From Squalus acanthias (taxonomy: Eukaryota): a stretch of 64,000 nucleotides of DNA. The translations under genes and the position numbers were made by a program. Below, in pieces: positions 50,225-62,726 of this stretch (the first letter of the stretch is position 1; the number at the start of each line of letters is the position of its first letter). The DNA lies in the NCBI GenBank assembly GCA_030390025.1, contig CM059433.1:23686001-23750000 (forward strand). The letters are read 5' to 3'. The notes beneath the pieces are model-generated. The model was given only the letters and a program-made list of their open reading frames with translations. It did not search any database and was not told the DNA's origin.

Positions 50225-50650
50225 ATAGCATAGGAACATAGGAACATTAGGAACAGGAGTAGACCATTCAGCCCCTCAGGCCTGCTCTGCCATTCAGTTA
50301 GATCAGGGCTGTTCGGTACCTCAACTCCATTTTTCCGCCTTTGCTTCCTATTCCTATTCCTTGATACCCTTTCCTAACAAAAATCTATCTATCTCAGTCT
50401 TGAAAGCTCGAATTGACCCAGCATCCACAGCCTTTTGGGGGCGAGAGCTCCAAATTTCTACTACCCTTTGTGTGAAAAAGTGCTTCCTGATTTCCCTCTG
50501 GAATGGCCTCAGCTCTAATTTTAAGATTTTGTCCCCTTGTTCTTGATTTCCCCCACCAGAGGAAATAGTTTCTCCGTATCTACCCTATCAAATTCTTTTA
50601 ACACTTTAAGCACCTTGATCAGATCACCCCTCAATCTCCTATACACAAAG
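50225..50650 (-). mobile_element. CR1 LINE 3' end
   Basis: (ttcctatg)n tail; ORF2 end similar to 5800-6188. Confidence 0.85.
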
Positions 50651-52299
50651 CAACAAGTAAGGCCTGAGCGTGAACTTCCTAGCAAGCTCACACAGCACAC
50701 TATCCTGCATCACCACCCATGAAGCAGGGTATTGGTTCAAATATAGAGGTGGGAACATAAGGGCAATTCTGCTTTACCCACAATCCCAGCAGCAAGGCAC
50801 CCCGCAGTGGGTTTCTGCAGAGGACAGGGGGTGGTGATAGGGCTACAGTGGTGTGGTCCCAATTCTCTGACCCCCCACTTCCTGTCAGTGTTGATCACCG
50901 CTTGGAGCATGTAATTACTCCTATAGAGTAAAGCACAGAGTACAGGCAAGGAAAGCCAAGGGCTGTTGGCAACAAAATACTTGACAACAGAAGACCAAGC
51001 TGTTGCTAGGTGGAGGCGCAGCATGGCTATTAGCTGTACTGTCCCATCTTGGGATTCCATGCTTAGCTTACTGAGCTATTTTTCAATGGAAAAGATACCG
51101 ACCCCCCCCAATCTATAAAATTATATTTTACGCCTATTGCTAAGTCAAGACACATTTAATTACTATTATTCTGGGGGGAAATATTTTAAACTGAAAGAGT
51201 CATTATTTACAGTGATGTCTAATAAGGAACTGTCCTTTTAGCCCTTGGTAGGAGACATTCTCATTTCATGTTTGATACAGACAAGCTCCTGCATTCTAAA
51301 AAGGTCAGCTAAATAGAACATGGCTTATCCTTTAATAACCCCACAGAGTTGGTACAGTTGTATTACACAGCTTCCCTCGTGACATTTGACTTGAATTTAA
51401 TTTCTAATAAACTTGATAAAGTACTGCTAAGAGCTTAGATGGACAGAGCTAAAGTCAGCTTTATTTGCTGAGGGACCAGCTATGCTCAGAATCAGTTCTA
51501 TTGGTCTATAATATCTTACTTTCATCTAAAATAATCAGCTTTTTCGAAGACATTTTTTCCACACATGTGCCCCAGTACATCCTGTTCCTTAACTGGTTAT
51601 TTTTTATTTGAAGGAGTCTGTTAACTTGATTCTTTCAACCAGCTCAAATTAATGGTTGGTTCACTTTTACAATGAAGCCCATTTTATAATGCTACCTCAC
51701 TGAATACTTTTACCTCAGGCGTTTCTTTTAAGCTCATAATGTCTTTGTTCTCCTGAAACCATTGTTAGGTTATGGCAAAATGCAGACACTGTGGGGGGAA
51801 AATTCAGTTGGTTAGCGCCTCCAGTTAGCACCTGGCGGGGGCACAAATGGGACGCTGATGCAGTAGCGGCGGGGCGAGGCGAATCCAGCGACGCACGCCA
51901 AATCCAGCCTTGCCCCCCCCACCCCCCCCCCGCCATTGCACCGCCGCTATGAGTTACTGCCGGGGAGCTCAGCACCAGACATATCGTGACGTCAGTGAGC
52001 GTGCAACACTCACTGGGTGCCCGATCTACAAAATTCATTGTCGCCCCCTGCCTTAGCGCCTCGCCCCAACAGTGACAGGGAGAGGAGGCATCAAGCAGGT
52101 GGATGCCAGCTCAGGGGCGCTACTTAAAGGCATCCTCATTAATGAGTCACAACTGTCAGGTTAGTGGTGTTTCACTGCTTCCTTGTCAGTTTGACATTGT
52201 GAAACCGATTCATTCAGTCATTTAAAGGTTGTTTCGTATCAGGTGTGTTGTGGCTACTAAAAAATAGTTACAATTATTAATGCCACCTGCACATAAAAA

Positions 52300-52555
52300 T
52301 GGGGTAGCACTCTTCCAGCCACCACGTCAAGCTCGTGGCTGGCTGGTCGGAGACAAGGGCTATCCGCTCTCCACCTGGCTCATGACTCCCCTTCGCAACC
52401 CCAACACTCCTGCCCAGCACTCATATAATGAGAGCCATGCTGCCACCAGGAACATCATCAAGCAGACCATCGGGGCGCTCAAGCAACGGTTTTCGCTGCC
52501 TTGACTGCTCGGGAGGAGCCCTCCAGTACTCGGCTGAGTGGGTGTCCCTATTCAC
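52300..52555 (+). pseudogene. Harbinger transposase C-terminal fragment
   Basis: [33 protein letters not shown]...[21 protein letters not shown]. Confidence 0.9.
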
Positions 52556-54167
52556 CCTTGTGCAATCCCTTAGTGCCTCTCGTTACTGTGCCTTTGCCTA
52601 CTCTAGAGCTCCTACGAAGTGTTGGCCCTGTGGCTGCAGCAGGGCTGGTGGAAGGCTGTTGAGTGTCCGTGCGGGAGACTTCAGATGGTCTTGCAGGACG
52701 CCCTCGACCAGCTCTGGGCCTGGAAGGCCCGGCTGTACACTGCACCACCTCAGCATGGGCGGCAGCAGTCTGGGCTGGCTGGATGACAGGCAGCGACAAG
52801 GGCAATGGTAGAGTGCCAGTGGTGGGAGTAGGAATGCTGTCATCCTGAGAGAGGACAGCAGGTTCCTGCTCCACTGACCCACTGCCACTCCCCCGGGGCA
52901 GCACCTCAGCATCCCTAGCAATCTGTTGCAGCACAGATTGCTGGCCTGCTGCAACACCATGAAAGCCCCGGTCAATGGTGGTAGTCCCAGCCACGATGGC
53001 AGCAGTCAGAGCACCCTTGCCATTGCACCTATCATCTCCGTGTGCATGCCCATCACCCTTCTTCTAAAGGCCTCCCCATTGAGGTCCTCATCTGAGTCCT
53101 GTGCAGCAGAACTCGCATGTGAACTCACCCTCCAGGGAGCTGGCTACCGAGCTACCCTTTCCCCCTGGCCTTACTGCAGCCCACTCGTCCCCGGTGCCTC
53201 ACCCTGTACAGATCCCGCTACTATACCAGCCTCTAAAGAACGCATAGTGCCAGTATCTGAGCTGGTGCCTGCGGGTGAGACATGCAGTGACGCGGTGTCT
53301 TCTTCCTCCTCCTCTTCTCCCGCCTCGCACTCTATGGTGCCCTCAGGGACAGGCTGCTCAGGTGCTTGCTCATTATCTGAAAGCATAAAGGCACAAGAGT
53401 CGGGTTAAGGTGATGGGAGGGGGCAGGAAGGGAGAAATGCATGCATACAGCATGATTAGCTGGAAAGTGCAAAACGCTTGTGGGGTGAGGAGGAAGTGGG
53501 ATGTGAGAAGAAGGAGTAGGGATGAACATATTGTTGTTGTCCCCAAGGAGGTCAACGTCGCCGGTGGCCACGGCGCTCACCACCTGGTGCCCAATAATCT
53601 GCAGCCCTTGTGTCTCTAGCTCAGTCAGTGGTTGGGTGTCGGCTTGTCCCCCACCTGTGCGCTCCTGCTCCCTCCTGTTGTGAGCCACCTTGGCCTGCAA
53701 GAGAAAGGAAAGTGTGTGAGTGAGTGTGGAGCAATGTGTTTGGGTGATGTGCCTGCCGTAGTTGAATAGATGTCATTGTGTGCAAGGTGTGAGATGTGGG
53801 TGTGAGTGTTGGTAGGTAGAGATTGTTGGTGGGTGGGTGCTGGGGGTGTGGTGCTTTGGGCAGTGTGTGAAGATTATGGTACAGATGGTGGTAAGTATCA
53901 TTTGTTGAAGCATTCCCTCACCCTGACCACCCGAGTGAGGTTGTTAAATTTCTTCCTGCACTGTGTGTGGGTCCTGGGGACCACAGTGCTGCCCAAGACG
54001 TGCTGGGCTACCTCCCTCCACATGGTGCGGAAGACTTGTGGCGAGGGCCTCCTGCCACTTGCCGGGTAGAGCACCGCCCTCTATCTTTCCACTGCGAACA
54101 CCAACATCTCCAATGCATGGTTGCAGAATCTGCGGGCTCTCTCCCTGGGGCATGGATCTGCCATCAT
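52548..54167 (-). pseudogene. Myb/SANT-like partner pseudogene, 3 exons (54167-53922, 53694-~53530, 53376-52548)
   Basis: Same exon layout as 60907-62726; in-frame stops at 54081 and 53171; second donor degenerate. Confidence 0.85.
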
Positions 54168-56445
54168 TATGGCTGCTTGAGTCATCCGGCTCCTTCTCCT
54201 TGACCTGCTGCTGCTGGCTGAGATGGCTACACAGCCAGCAATGATGAGAATGAGGTTCTGCAGCTTCAATGAACCTCCCCTTTAAGAACTGGAAAGAGCC
54301 TGTGGCAATGATGACTTGTGATTCGACTGCGCTTCGCGTTTAACGCCACTGAACTAGGCCATTAGCACTTGATTTAGTGCTCCAATCCTTTCTTTGTGCA
54401 ATGAGACTGAATTTTGCATGCAGTCTGAAGCATTAGTACCTGGTGCTAATTCTCAAACATTTCAAAAGTTACTGCCCATTGCTGGGCTATAATGAATTTC
54501 TCCCCCTCTGTGTATAGTTTAATCGGTTACTTTACTTTTGAACTTTTACAAATCAATCTCTTTGACAGAGATGGCATTTAGCTAAACTGGAAACCAAGGT
54601 GATCCGAAAAACTGCATTATCACTTAATTAAATGCATCCATATTGAGTAGAATAAACTCTATTTTTTGAAATCCCTCATGTCTATTACACTGAGAATAAA
54701 GAGAAAAGTTGGTTAAAGTAAAATGTTGCCGTACAGTTAACAGAGAATTGCATTAGCAACTGCAATCAGCTTCTTCTTTGAACATTAAATATCCATATTT
54801 TTAATTTTAGCAGCTACTCAAAACATGGCATGGATTTTACTCAGAGCACTAACTGGAAGAAAATGGGCCGGAAGGCCCAACCGTAGAATTCCCACCCCAT
54901 CAAATGCGGGTGTGGGCTCTGGCTTGGAGGAAGTTTAGAGAAGTGGGCGTGAGGATCGATGTCGAAGATTACAGTTTCCAGCCCATATATCAAGGGGGTC
55001 TTAGTGTTACACACTCCGGGTCATGCTATCATACATCTAGATATTGGATAGCAAAAATAAACCCCTGATTATAAGGGAAGTGAATCCACTTTCAGGAGAG
55101 ATCGGTGGCAGAACAATTATGATAGACCCTAAATTTGTCACACCTATTTTTCTTCTGTTTTTTATAAAACTTTGCACTGATGTTATTGGGATATAAGCCA
55201 TATTTAAACATACGGTTAATGAAGCATGTTAGTTAACTAACTTGATAGCTGATTGGTTGTTAATGATATAAATTAAAGGTTTAGATGGAATCCTTAACAA
55301 CTTTTGTTTTATTCGTTCCTGAGATGTGGGTGTCGCTGGCAAGGCCAGCATTTATTGCCCATCCCTAGTTGCCCTGAGAAGGTGTGTGTTAGTACTGTGC
55401 TACTATGAGGTTTCATTGAATCATAAAGAGGAGCTCTGTTCTGCTTTGGGTTCCATATACATTCTAACACGTGTGGCTGAATTTCCTCGGAGCTGCTCCC
55501 ACCCCACCTCCCTTCCCTCACCAGAAGTGTGGCAGAAACCCCAGGAAGACGGTATAAACGGCTATTTACATCATTTCTCCGGGGTTTCTACTAATCGTAC
55601 ATTGATCGTGCATGCTCCTTCTTCTCCATTAGCTCATGTGATGATGTGCTCTACAGCTGTATTTATGAACTGTTTCGTACTAGTTACTGGCGTATCTGAT
55701 GCCTAACGAATGGATCAGCAGCATATTGCAGCTGTCTCCTGATTGGCTCATCAGGTGTGCATGTGTTTTATATATATATCAGTCTCTGAAATATCACTGA
55801 TCAAAATAATGCATTTCTGCAACTCCGTTACAATACCAAGGAAAATAACGCTGTTTTAATACATTCCCATATGCAAAGAGGAATTTCTAACCCAATTGAG
55901 CTATAATGTTAGTCACAAGAGCAGAAAATTTGTATTTCAAATTATACTATTGTAAATGATGTGGAGCAGATTGAATTTGCTTAATTATTTAATGCTGGTG
56001 GAGCCCAGTGCTAGTGACATGCCTAAGTTAGATAGACAAACAAATTGAATGAGGCAGATAGAAAGCTTTTTAGCAACATAACACCCGAAGCAAAGTGGCA
56101 TCATGCTTTCAATCAACAGGAACCAGGACTATAGTGAAGATAGGAGCTGGAGGAGAGGGAGAAAAGAGCTGATAGAAAGTGACAGGTAAACAAGGTCAGT
56201 CAAAGCATCACAAGGTGGTTGTAGTCTGAGAATTGTGGATACTCAGACTATCAGATTGCAGCATACAGATACCCTGAATATAAATTACAAGAGCATCACT
56301 CAGCAATATGTTGAACCAAAACTTATATGAATTTATAGATCCCGAAATTCCACTGATGCTTGATCAGTCTCTCACCATAACTTCAGCAGAAGACTGGCCG
56401 AGCCCTCAAAGAAATTGGGGAGACCTGGTTTTGTTGGGTCACCAT

Positions 56446-56906
56446 AAGAAAGAAAGAAAGAGCTTCAATTTATATAATGTCTTTCATGACCAGGATGTCC
56501 TAAAGCAGTTAACAGTCAATGAAGCACTTTTTGAAGTGTAGTCACTGTTGTAATATAGGAAAGGTGGCAGCCAATTGCGCACAGCAAGCTCCCACAAACA
56601 GCAATGTTTTAATGACCAGATAATCTGTTTCAGTGATACTGGTTGTGGGATAAATGTTGGTCAGGGCACTGGGGAGAACTACCCTGCTCATCTTTGAAAT
56701 AGTGCCATGGGATCGTTCACGTCCACCTAAGAGAGCAGACGGGGCCTCGGTTTAACGTCTCATCCAAAAGACGGCACCTCCGACAGTGCAGCACTCCCTC
56801 AGCACTGCACTGGTGTGTCAGCCTAGACTTTGTGCTCAAGTCTCTGGAGTGGTGCTTGGATCCACAACCTTCTGACTCAGAGGCGAGGGTGCTACCACAC
56901 GGCTGA
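56446..56906 (-). mobile_element. Deu-domain SINE
   Basis: Reverse-complement family match with (tttc)n tail. Confidence 0.88.
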
Positions 56907-57395
56907 AGTGTCAATATTCAGCACAGACAGGTAGTGATTTAGAGCAGGATTCCTATGGTGAAGGTTTGAGCACGACCAATGATAGAATGGAATCAGACAA
57001 CCCTTAGAGAGCTTTATGCCGGCCCATTTGAGCAGACGATATTGCAGCATGTTGATGGTGCATAAACTTTACTTGGCTCAATTGCAAATCACTTTGAAAG
57101 AAGGTCGGAGTGGTCTGCAGCAGCACAGTATTTAGATGTCTACCAGTGAGTCCAACTGGCTGCTGTCGTGGAGCAAAGGTTATCTTGTATGCAGCCTGAA
57201 AGCCAGCAAGTGACGGTTGTGGTAGCATCACTGGTTACAGAGACTGTATGGAGAGAGTGTTCAACTAACATTTTTACTCACACTACAGATTTTGATACTT
57301 TAGGCTTCAAACTGCAGGGAGTTGTGAGGGCCAACCCCAGCTTCTCTAGTTTCTCAACGTAACTGAAGTCCCGCATCCCCGGTGCCATCCTAGTA

Positions 57396-57759
57396 CAGGA
57401 AACTCTTTATTAACCGGCACCGACGGGACCGGCGTGGTGCCGGTTAATCAAAAAGTCCGGATAATGGAGAGTTATATCTCCCAACGTACGAGAGCCCCGT
57501 ACACATTGACATGCGCCTGCATTCGGAGCTCCGTCTCCCCGGGAACCGCCAGCTGACCATCTGTCGTGTCCGCTGCCTACCCGGGCTGCACATTCCCCTC
57601 CCAATCTACACGCTCCGATACAAGGCAAACGCCTCAGGGTTTTTTTTTAAGTTAATTTTAAACGAGAGATGAAGGAAAACCCCGGTTACCTACTCAAGAA
57701 TTTTGCTGGTTAAGAGAGATTTCCGGATATTTGGGTGCCGGTTAATAAAGAGTTTCCTG
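57396..57759. mobile_element. Tc1/mariner (pogo/Tigger-like) MITE, 364 bp, inserted in a CR1 fragment
   Basis: Perfect 26-bp TIR CAGGAAACTCTTTATTAACCGGCACC, TA TSD. Confidence 0.92.
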
Positions 57760-59228
57760 TAAATCTCTGCACCCAGTAGAGTGTGCTCTTCCAAGACTGG
57801 GGCTAAGGACATTGGAGCTGCATTACTGTCCCACAAAGAAATGTGGTGCAGTTTGTGGAGGAAGTACTAACAAGTTACATCGTCTGTGTTTAATACGTCT
57901 CTGATGATTATACCCCTCAAGAAATGGATTAACAAACCTTAGTGGAAAGGTTGGGGAAAAAGTTTCATACTTGTTAGGAACTTGTTAAAAGCTAATCATA
58001 GAAACTTCACGCACAATTACACAGCATTGGAGTTTCTTTGAAAGTGAGTAGTTAACACCAAACCAATTTATGCAAATAACCATATTCAATTGAACAGAAT
58101 TAAGTTCATAAAAATAACAATGGGAGATAAATCAACATTTTAGTCTCATGCAAGTTCATACATTAAGTGGATAATTAAATTTAATCTATTTAGCATGCTT
58201 TTGAAATAATCAATTTAATAATTATGCTACGACTCATTATTATTTGTGGAATGTGTGGGGCTAGAGGTGCATGAGTGTGCCACATGTTCCCAATTCATCT
58301 AAGTTATCCACCACCCCACCAACGTCCCTCCCTTAGCTAAATTCTGCCAGCTTGGAGGAGCCACCGGGTTCCCTGTCCCTTCAACCAGCGAGCTGCCTGT
58401 CTCCGCTCCAAACGCATGGGCAGCTGGCTGACAGAATGGTAATGAGGCCCAACCATGAAAATTGCTCGTAACTCTCACATCGGGTGAACTGTGAGCGCAC
58501 TCCGTCTACCCTATCTCCACCAAAGCCAAAAATCAGCCCCATATTTCACAATGGCCTAGATATACCGATCCCTACGGGTGGGTACGCACCCGTAGGGACA
58601 TCCGAAATGCCGGTTTCAGGCATGCACAGCGCATGCACTGAAAACCGGCATTTCCGATCTGTCAAGATCCTCCGGCTGCTCTGGAGAAGGGCCTCTGCGG
58701 GCGGATAGTTCCGCTTTTTGGAGACCCTCCGCCCGCAGAAAACCCTTACAATTCTTACGCCTGGTAAAAGCAGGCGTAAGGCCTGCTTTTACCAGGAGAA
58801 GAGTTCAAAAAAGTAAAAAAATACATTTTTTTTCACTGATTTATCATTTTAAAATACTTTAAAACAGGTAAGTTTATTTTTAGCCCTGTAAAAAAAAAAA
58901 TAATTTTTGTTTAAAATACTTAGGGGTAGAAATTCAGTTGGTTGCGCCTCCTGTTAGCGCCTTAAGAGGGCGCTAATGGGGCGCAAAGCCGCTAACGCCC
59001 GGGCGCAGCGATGTTTGCGCCGCTCGGGAACTTAACTGGAGATTGTGCGGCGGCGCTAAAACTTACCGCTGCGACCACCTGCGCGCGCAGATTGTGACGT
59101 CATTCCATGGTGCAACGCCCTTGTGGCGCCCCGGAGCGGAAATTGAGTGGCGCCCCCTGCCTTACCGCCTGGCGCATCCAACGACCGGAAGACTGGAACG
59201 CTATCAATCGCTGTGGGGCTGGGGGGGG

Positions 59229-59242
59229 CGCTATTTAAAGGG
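59229..59242 (+). promoter_or_regulatory. TATA-like box of the transposase promoter
   Basis: cgctatttaaag ~200 bp upstream of the ATG; conserved at ~15502, ~46377 (minus) and ~52118. Confidence 0.5.
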
Positions 59243-59433
59243 GGCCTCTTCCTGTCTTTTTCTGTGGTCGACATTTTTGCACCACTCGTTCTGAGAGAGA
59301 GAGAGAGATTCGGAGAGAGAGAAAGAGAGACTTCTGCATTGACTCAACGCTTTGTGAGGTAGTTTTGCCTATTGATCCTAACTTCGCTAGTACTTTAGTT
59401 GCTGTCCTTCATTACTTTGCTTGCAAAGAGACT

Positions 59434-60594
59434 ATGGGGGCTGCACTGATTGGGGGCGTCGTCCTGCTCCAGCTGAATCGGAGGATACAGAGACGCAGAG
59501 AGAGAGTGGCAATGATGGCCAGATGGAGGAGGGCCAACAGGCGTATGTACAGGAGAGCTTACCCTCCCAGGGTATATCGTGAACAGCTCTCCTACATTCA
59601 TATGTCTGAGGAGCTGTGTTTGCGAAGGCTGCGATTCAGCAAGGAGGTGGTCACTGAGCTCTGCCACCTGCTGCAGCCAGATCTGCAGCCTCAACTGAGG
59701 TCCAGGACGTCTCTGTCGGTGGCAGTGAAGGTCACAGTGGCTCTCAACTTTTACGCTACTGGCTCATTTCAAGCTGCTGCTGGGGACCTCGCCAATATCT
59801 CCCAGTTCGCGGTGCATTGCTGCATCCGGCAGGTCACAAATGCCCTCTTTAAAAGGAGACGAGAGTTCATCTCTTTCCCCATGACCCCAGACAAGCAGCG
59901 TGACCGCGCTCTGGGCTTTGCGAGGGTAGCGGGCTTCCCCATGGTGCAGGGCGCCATTGACTGCACGCATGTGGCTTTGCGTGCTCCGCATGAGAATGCC
60001 GAGGAATTCCGGAACAGAAAGGGGTTCCATTCCTTGAATGTTCAGTTGGTCTGTGACCACAGACAGCTGATACTCGCTGTCAATGCCCACTATCCTGGCA
60101 GCTGCCACGATGCTTTTATCCTGTGCCAGACTACTGTGGTAGAACTTTTCGAGGCACCGCATCAGCCAGTTGGTTGGCTTCTCGGGGACAAGGGGTATGC
60201 ATTGAGCACCTGGCTGATGACACCGCTCCGTACGCCCAACACCCCTGCTGAGCTGCGGTACAATGAGAGCCATCAAGCTACCAGGAACATAATTGAGCGC
60301 ACAATCGGCGTGCTGAAGCAACGGTTCCGCTGTCTCGACCATTCTGGAGGAGCCCTGCAGTACTCGCCTGAGCGAGTATCCAACTTCGTAGTCGTGTGCT
60401 GCATGTTGCATAACATGGCAATCCTCAGGACCCAGCCAATGCCACCAGGCCTTGGAGCACCACCAGAGGAGGAGGAGGAAGAGGAGGAAGAGGACGAGGA
60501 GGATGATCATCAGCAGCACCAAGGCGGGAGGGCGGCCCACAATGGTCAAACTGCAAGGGCCGTCCGTCAACGGCTAATAGCAAGCCGCTTCTAG
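59434..60594 (+). CDS. Harbinger DDE transposase (HARBI1-family), 386 aa, single exon
   Basis: Uninterrupted ORF from the first ATG; GAIDCTH, GSCHDA, LLGDKGY, RNIIERTIG.LK.RFRCL, CCMLHN; acidic C-terminal tract. Confidence 0.95.
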   Translation: MGAALIGGVVLLQLNRRIQRRRERVAMMARWRRANRRMYRRAYPPRVYREQLSYIHMSEELCLRRLRFSKEVVTELCHLLQPDLQPQLRSRTSLSVAVKVTVALNFYATGSFQAAAGDLANISQFAVHCCIRQVTNALFKRRREFISFPMTPDKQRDRALGFARVAGFPMVQGAIDCTHVALRAPHENAEEFRNRKGFHSLNVQLVCDHRQLILAVNAHYPGSCHDAFILCQTTVVELFEAPHQPVGWLLGDKGYALSTWLMTPLRTPNTPAELRYNESHQATRNIIERTIGVLKQRFRCLDHSGGALQYSPERVSNFVVVCCMLHNMAILRTQPMPPGLGAPPEEEEEEEEEDEEDDHQQHQGGRAAHNGQTARAVRQRLIASRF

Positions 60595-60906
60595 GGCCCC
60601 TGCTGTTGAAATGGCTTCTGCCATTGCTAACAACATTAATGAACCCAGCACGCAACCCCTAAGCCGGCCAAGGCACCAATAATTCCAACCACCAACCATG
60701 TATATTTTGAATACAGAAACTTATTTATTTTACAAACTCTGTGTGTGTCAATTCCTCATGACAAACTCATAGAAATAAACACAAAAAAACAGTCAATAAC
60801 ATAACTAGTTCTCACAACCTGGAGATAATGTCCAAAACACTAAACAAAAGTTGGACCATGAACCTCGACCTTTAATAAAAAAATGACCAGCATTTTGTCA
60901 CACCTC

Positions 60907-62726
60907 CTACTTTTTGCCCTTCGAGGGTGATCTCCTTCCCTTGCGCACTTCCCCCCTTCTAACCCTACTGCTCCTCCGTAATGGGACCTCAGTGGCTGCA
61001 GCAAGGCTGGTGGAAGGCTGCTGCTCGTCAGACCCTGACACTGCAGATGCCCCTGAAGGACGGCCTCGACCAGTTCTGGGCCTGGAGGGCCCGGCTGCAG
61101 ACTGCACCAACTCTGCATGGGCGGCAGCAGTCTGTCCTACAGGCGGTGGCAAGTGCAGTGGAGAAGTGACAGTGTTGGCAGCAGGAATGCTGTCATCGTG
61201 AGAGAGGACAGCAACTCCCTGCTCGACCGACACACTGGCACTCCCACGGGGCAGCACTTCAGCATCCGAAGCAATCTGCTGGAGAACAGATTGCTGGCCT
61301 GCTGCGGCGTGGTGACAGCCCCAGGGACATGTGAACGAACCATCGAGGTTGGCAGCAGTCTGTGCTCGCGTGGCCTCAATCTGAGTCTGCATGAGAGCAG
61401 TCAGAGATGGGATCACGGCAGCCAGTGACTGAATTGCAGCACTAAGCGTTAGTGTGGCATCCGCCTGTGCTACAGCGAAGTGCTCCACACTCCTTGCCAG
61501 TGACTCAATGCATTTGGGCACCCTTCCCACTGCACCCATGAGCTCAGTGTGCATGCCCACCGCCTGGGTGTTCATTTCTGCGATCAGCCGCTCCTCCTCT
61601 GCGTCCATTGCAGTAGGAGTGTCTGGCATACTCTCCCTCTGGGGAGAAGGCCCCCGTTCTTCCCTACCCCCATGGCGTTGCTGCAGCCCGCTGGGTCCTG
61701 GAGCTTCACCCTCATCAGACCCTTCCCCCCTGCTCCCCTCCAGGGAAGGCGTGTTCCCAGTGTGGGCATGGGCTTCCTCAGGAGAGGGTGGCACTGATGC
61801 TCCGGCTTCCTCTTCCTCCTCAGCTGCAGCATCACTCCCAGTGGCAGCTTCAGGGCCCGTCTCCTCAGCTGGTGAATCATCATCTGAAAGCAGGGAGGTA
61901 CAAGAGTGGCTTTAGCGTGAGGACAGGGTGGCAGTAAGGGAGGAATAAGTGCAGCGAGTTAGCAAGTTGGATTGAAAGTGTCAAAGGCTGGTGTTGTGAG
62001 GGACAAGTGGAAGGACAGAGGACAAAAAGGTGATGACCTTACCATTGCTGTCCAGAACGGGGTCGGCGTCTCCAGTGGCGACGGGACCGATCACCCGGCT
62101 TGCCACAATCCTGTGGACGCGCTCCTCCAGATCGCTGAGGGGTTGCAGCTGAGGCCGCCCTCCACCTGTCCGTTGCTGCTGTCTCCGATTATGCGCCAGC
62201 TTGGCCTGTAAGAAAAAGGACAGCATCTGAGTAAATATACAGCCATGGTCTTGCCTGATGTGCCTCCCATAGGTGAATAGCCCTTACTGTATGCAGCCAT
62301 GGTCTTGCCTGATGTGCCTCCCATAGGTGAATAGCCCTTACTGTATGCAAAGTGTGGAATGTGTGTGTGTGTTTCATGAAAGGGCCATAGGTGTTGGATG
62401 AGTGTTGTGCATTGGGGTTTTAAGACCCTCTGGCCATAGAGTGAGGTTGAGATGGAGGGATGGAGAGGTATTGAGAAAAAGCCACTCACCCTGACGACCC
62501 GAGTGAGGTCGTTGAACTTTTTGCGGCATTGAGTATGGGTCCTGGGCACCATGCTCCTGGAGGAGACGCTCTGAGCCACCTCCCTCCACACTCTTCTGAA
62601 CTCGCGTGGCAAAGGCCTCCTGCCACTCTCAGGGAAGAGTATACATCTTCTGCGCTCCACCGCGCCAACCAGAGCATCCAAGGCCCGCTCAGTGAAGCGA
62701 TGAGCGCGTTCTCTCACCCTCTCCAT
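60907..62726 (-). CDS. Myb/SANT-like DNA-binding partner protein, predicted 458 aa; exons 62726-62490, 62205-62043, 61883-60907
   Basis: Exon 1 RF.E.ALD.LV..V...W.EVA..V......RT..QCRKKFNDL; GT-AG introns (gtgagt/ttacag, gtaagg/tttcag) of phase 0 and 1 join 237+163+977 nt without a stop. Confidence 0.88.
62240..62347. repeat. Perfect 54-bp tandem duplication in intron 1 of the partner gene
   Basis: cagccatggtcttgcctgatgtgcctcccataggtgaatagcccttactgtatg x2. Confidence 0.95.

Larger units (their letters stand above)
51793..54506 (+). mobile_element. Internally deleted Harbinger (2,714 bp), GGGGG-TIR family
   Basis: TIR GGGGGGAAAATTCA/TGAATTTCTCCCCC, TGT/TCT flanks; contains a transposase fragment and a Myb/SANT pseudogene. 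Confidence 0.88.

Noticed and set aside
59365..59433. ORF-track N-terminal extension of the transposase
   Set aside because: Starts at TTG; in a eukaryotic context the first ATG is at 59434
59434..60594. Host HARBI1 gene
   Set aside because: It lies between TIRs with a TSD and a partner gene, and related fragments occur nearby; this is a transposon ORF, not the domesticated gene
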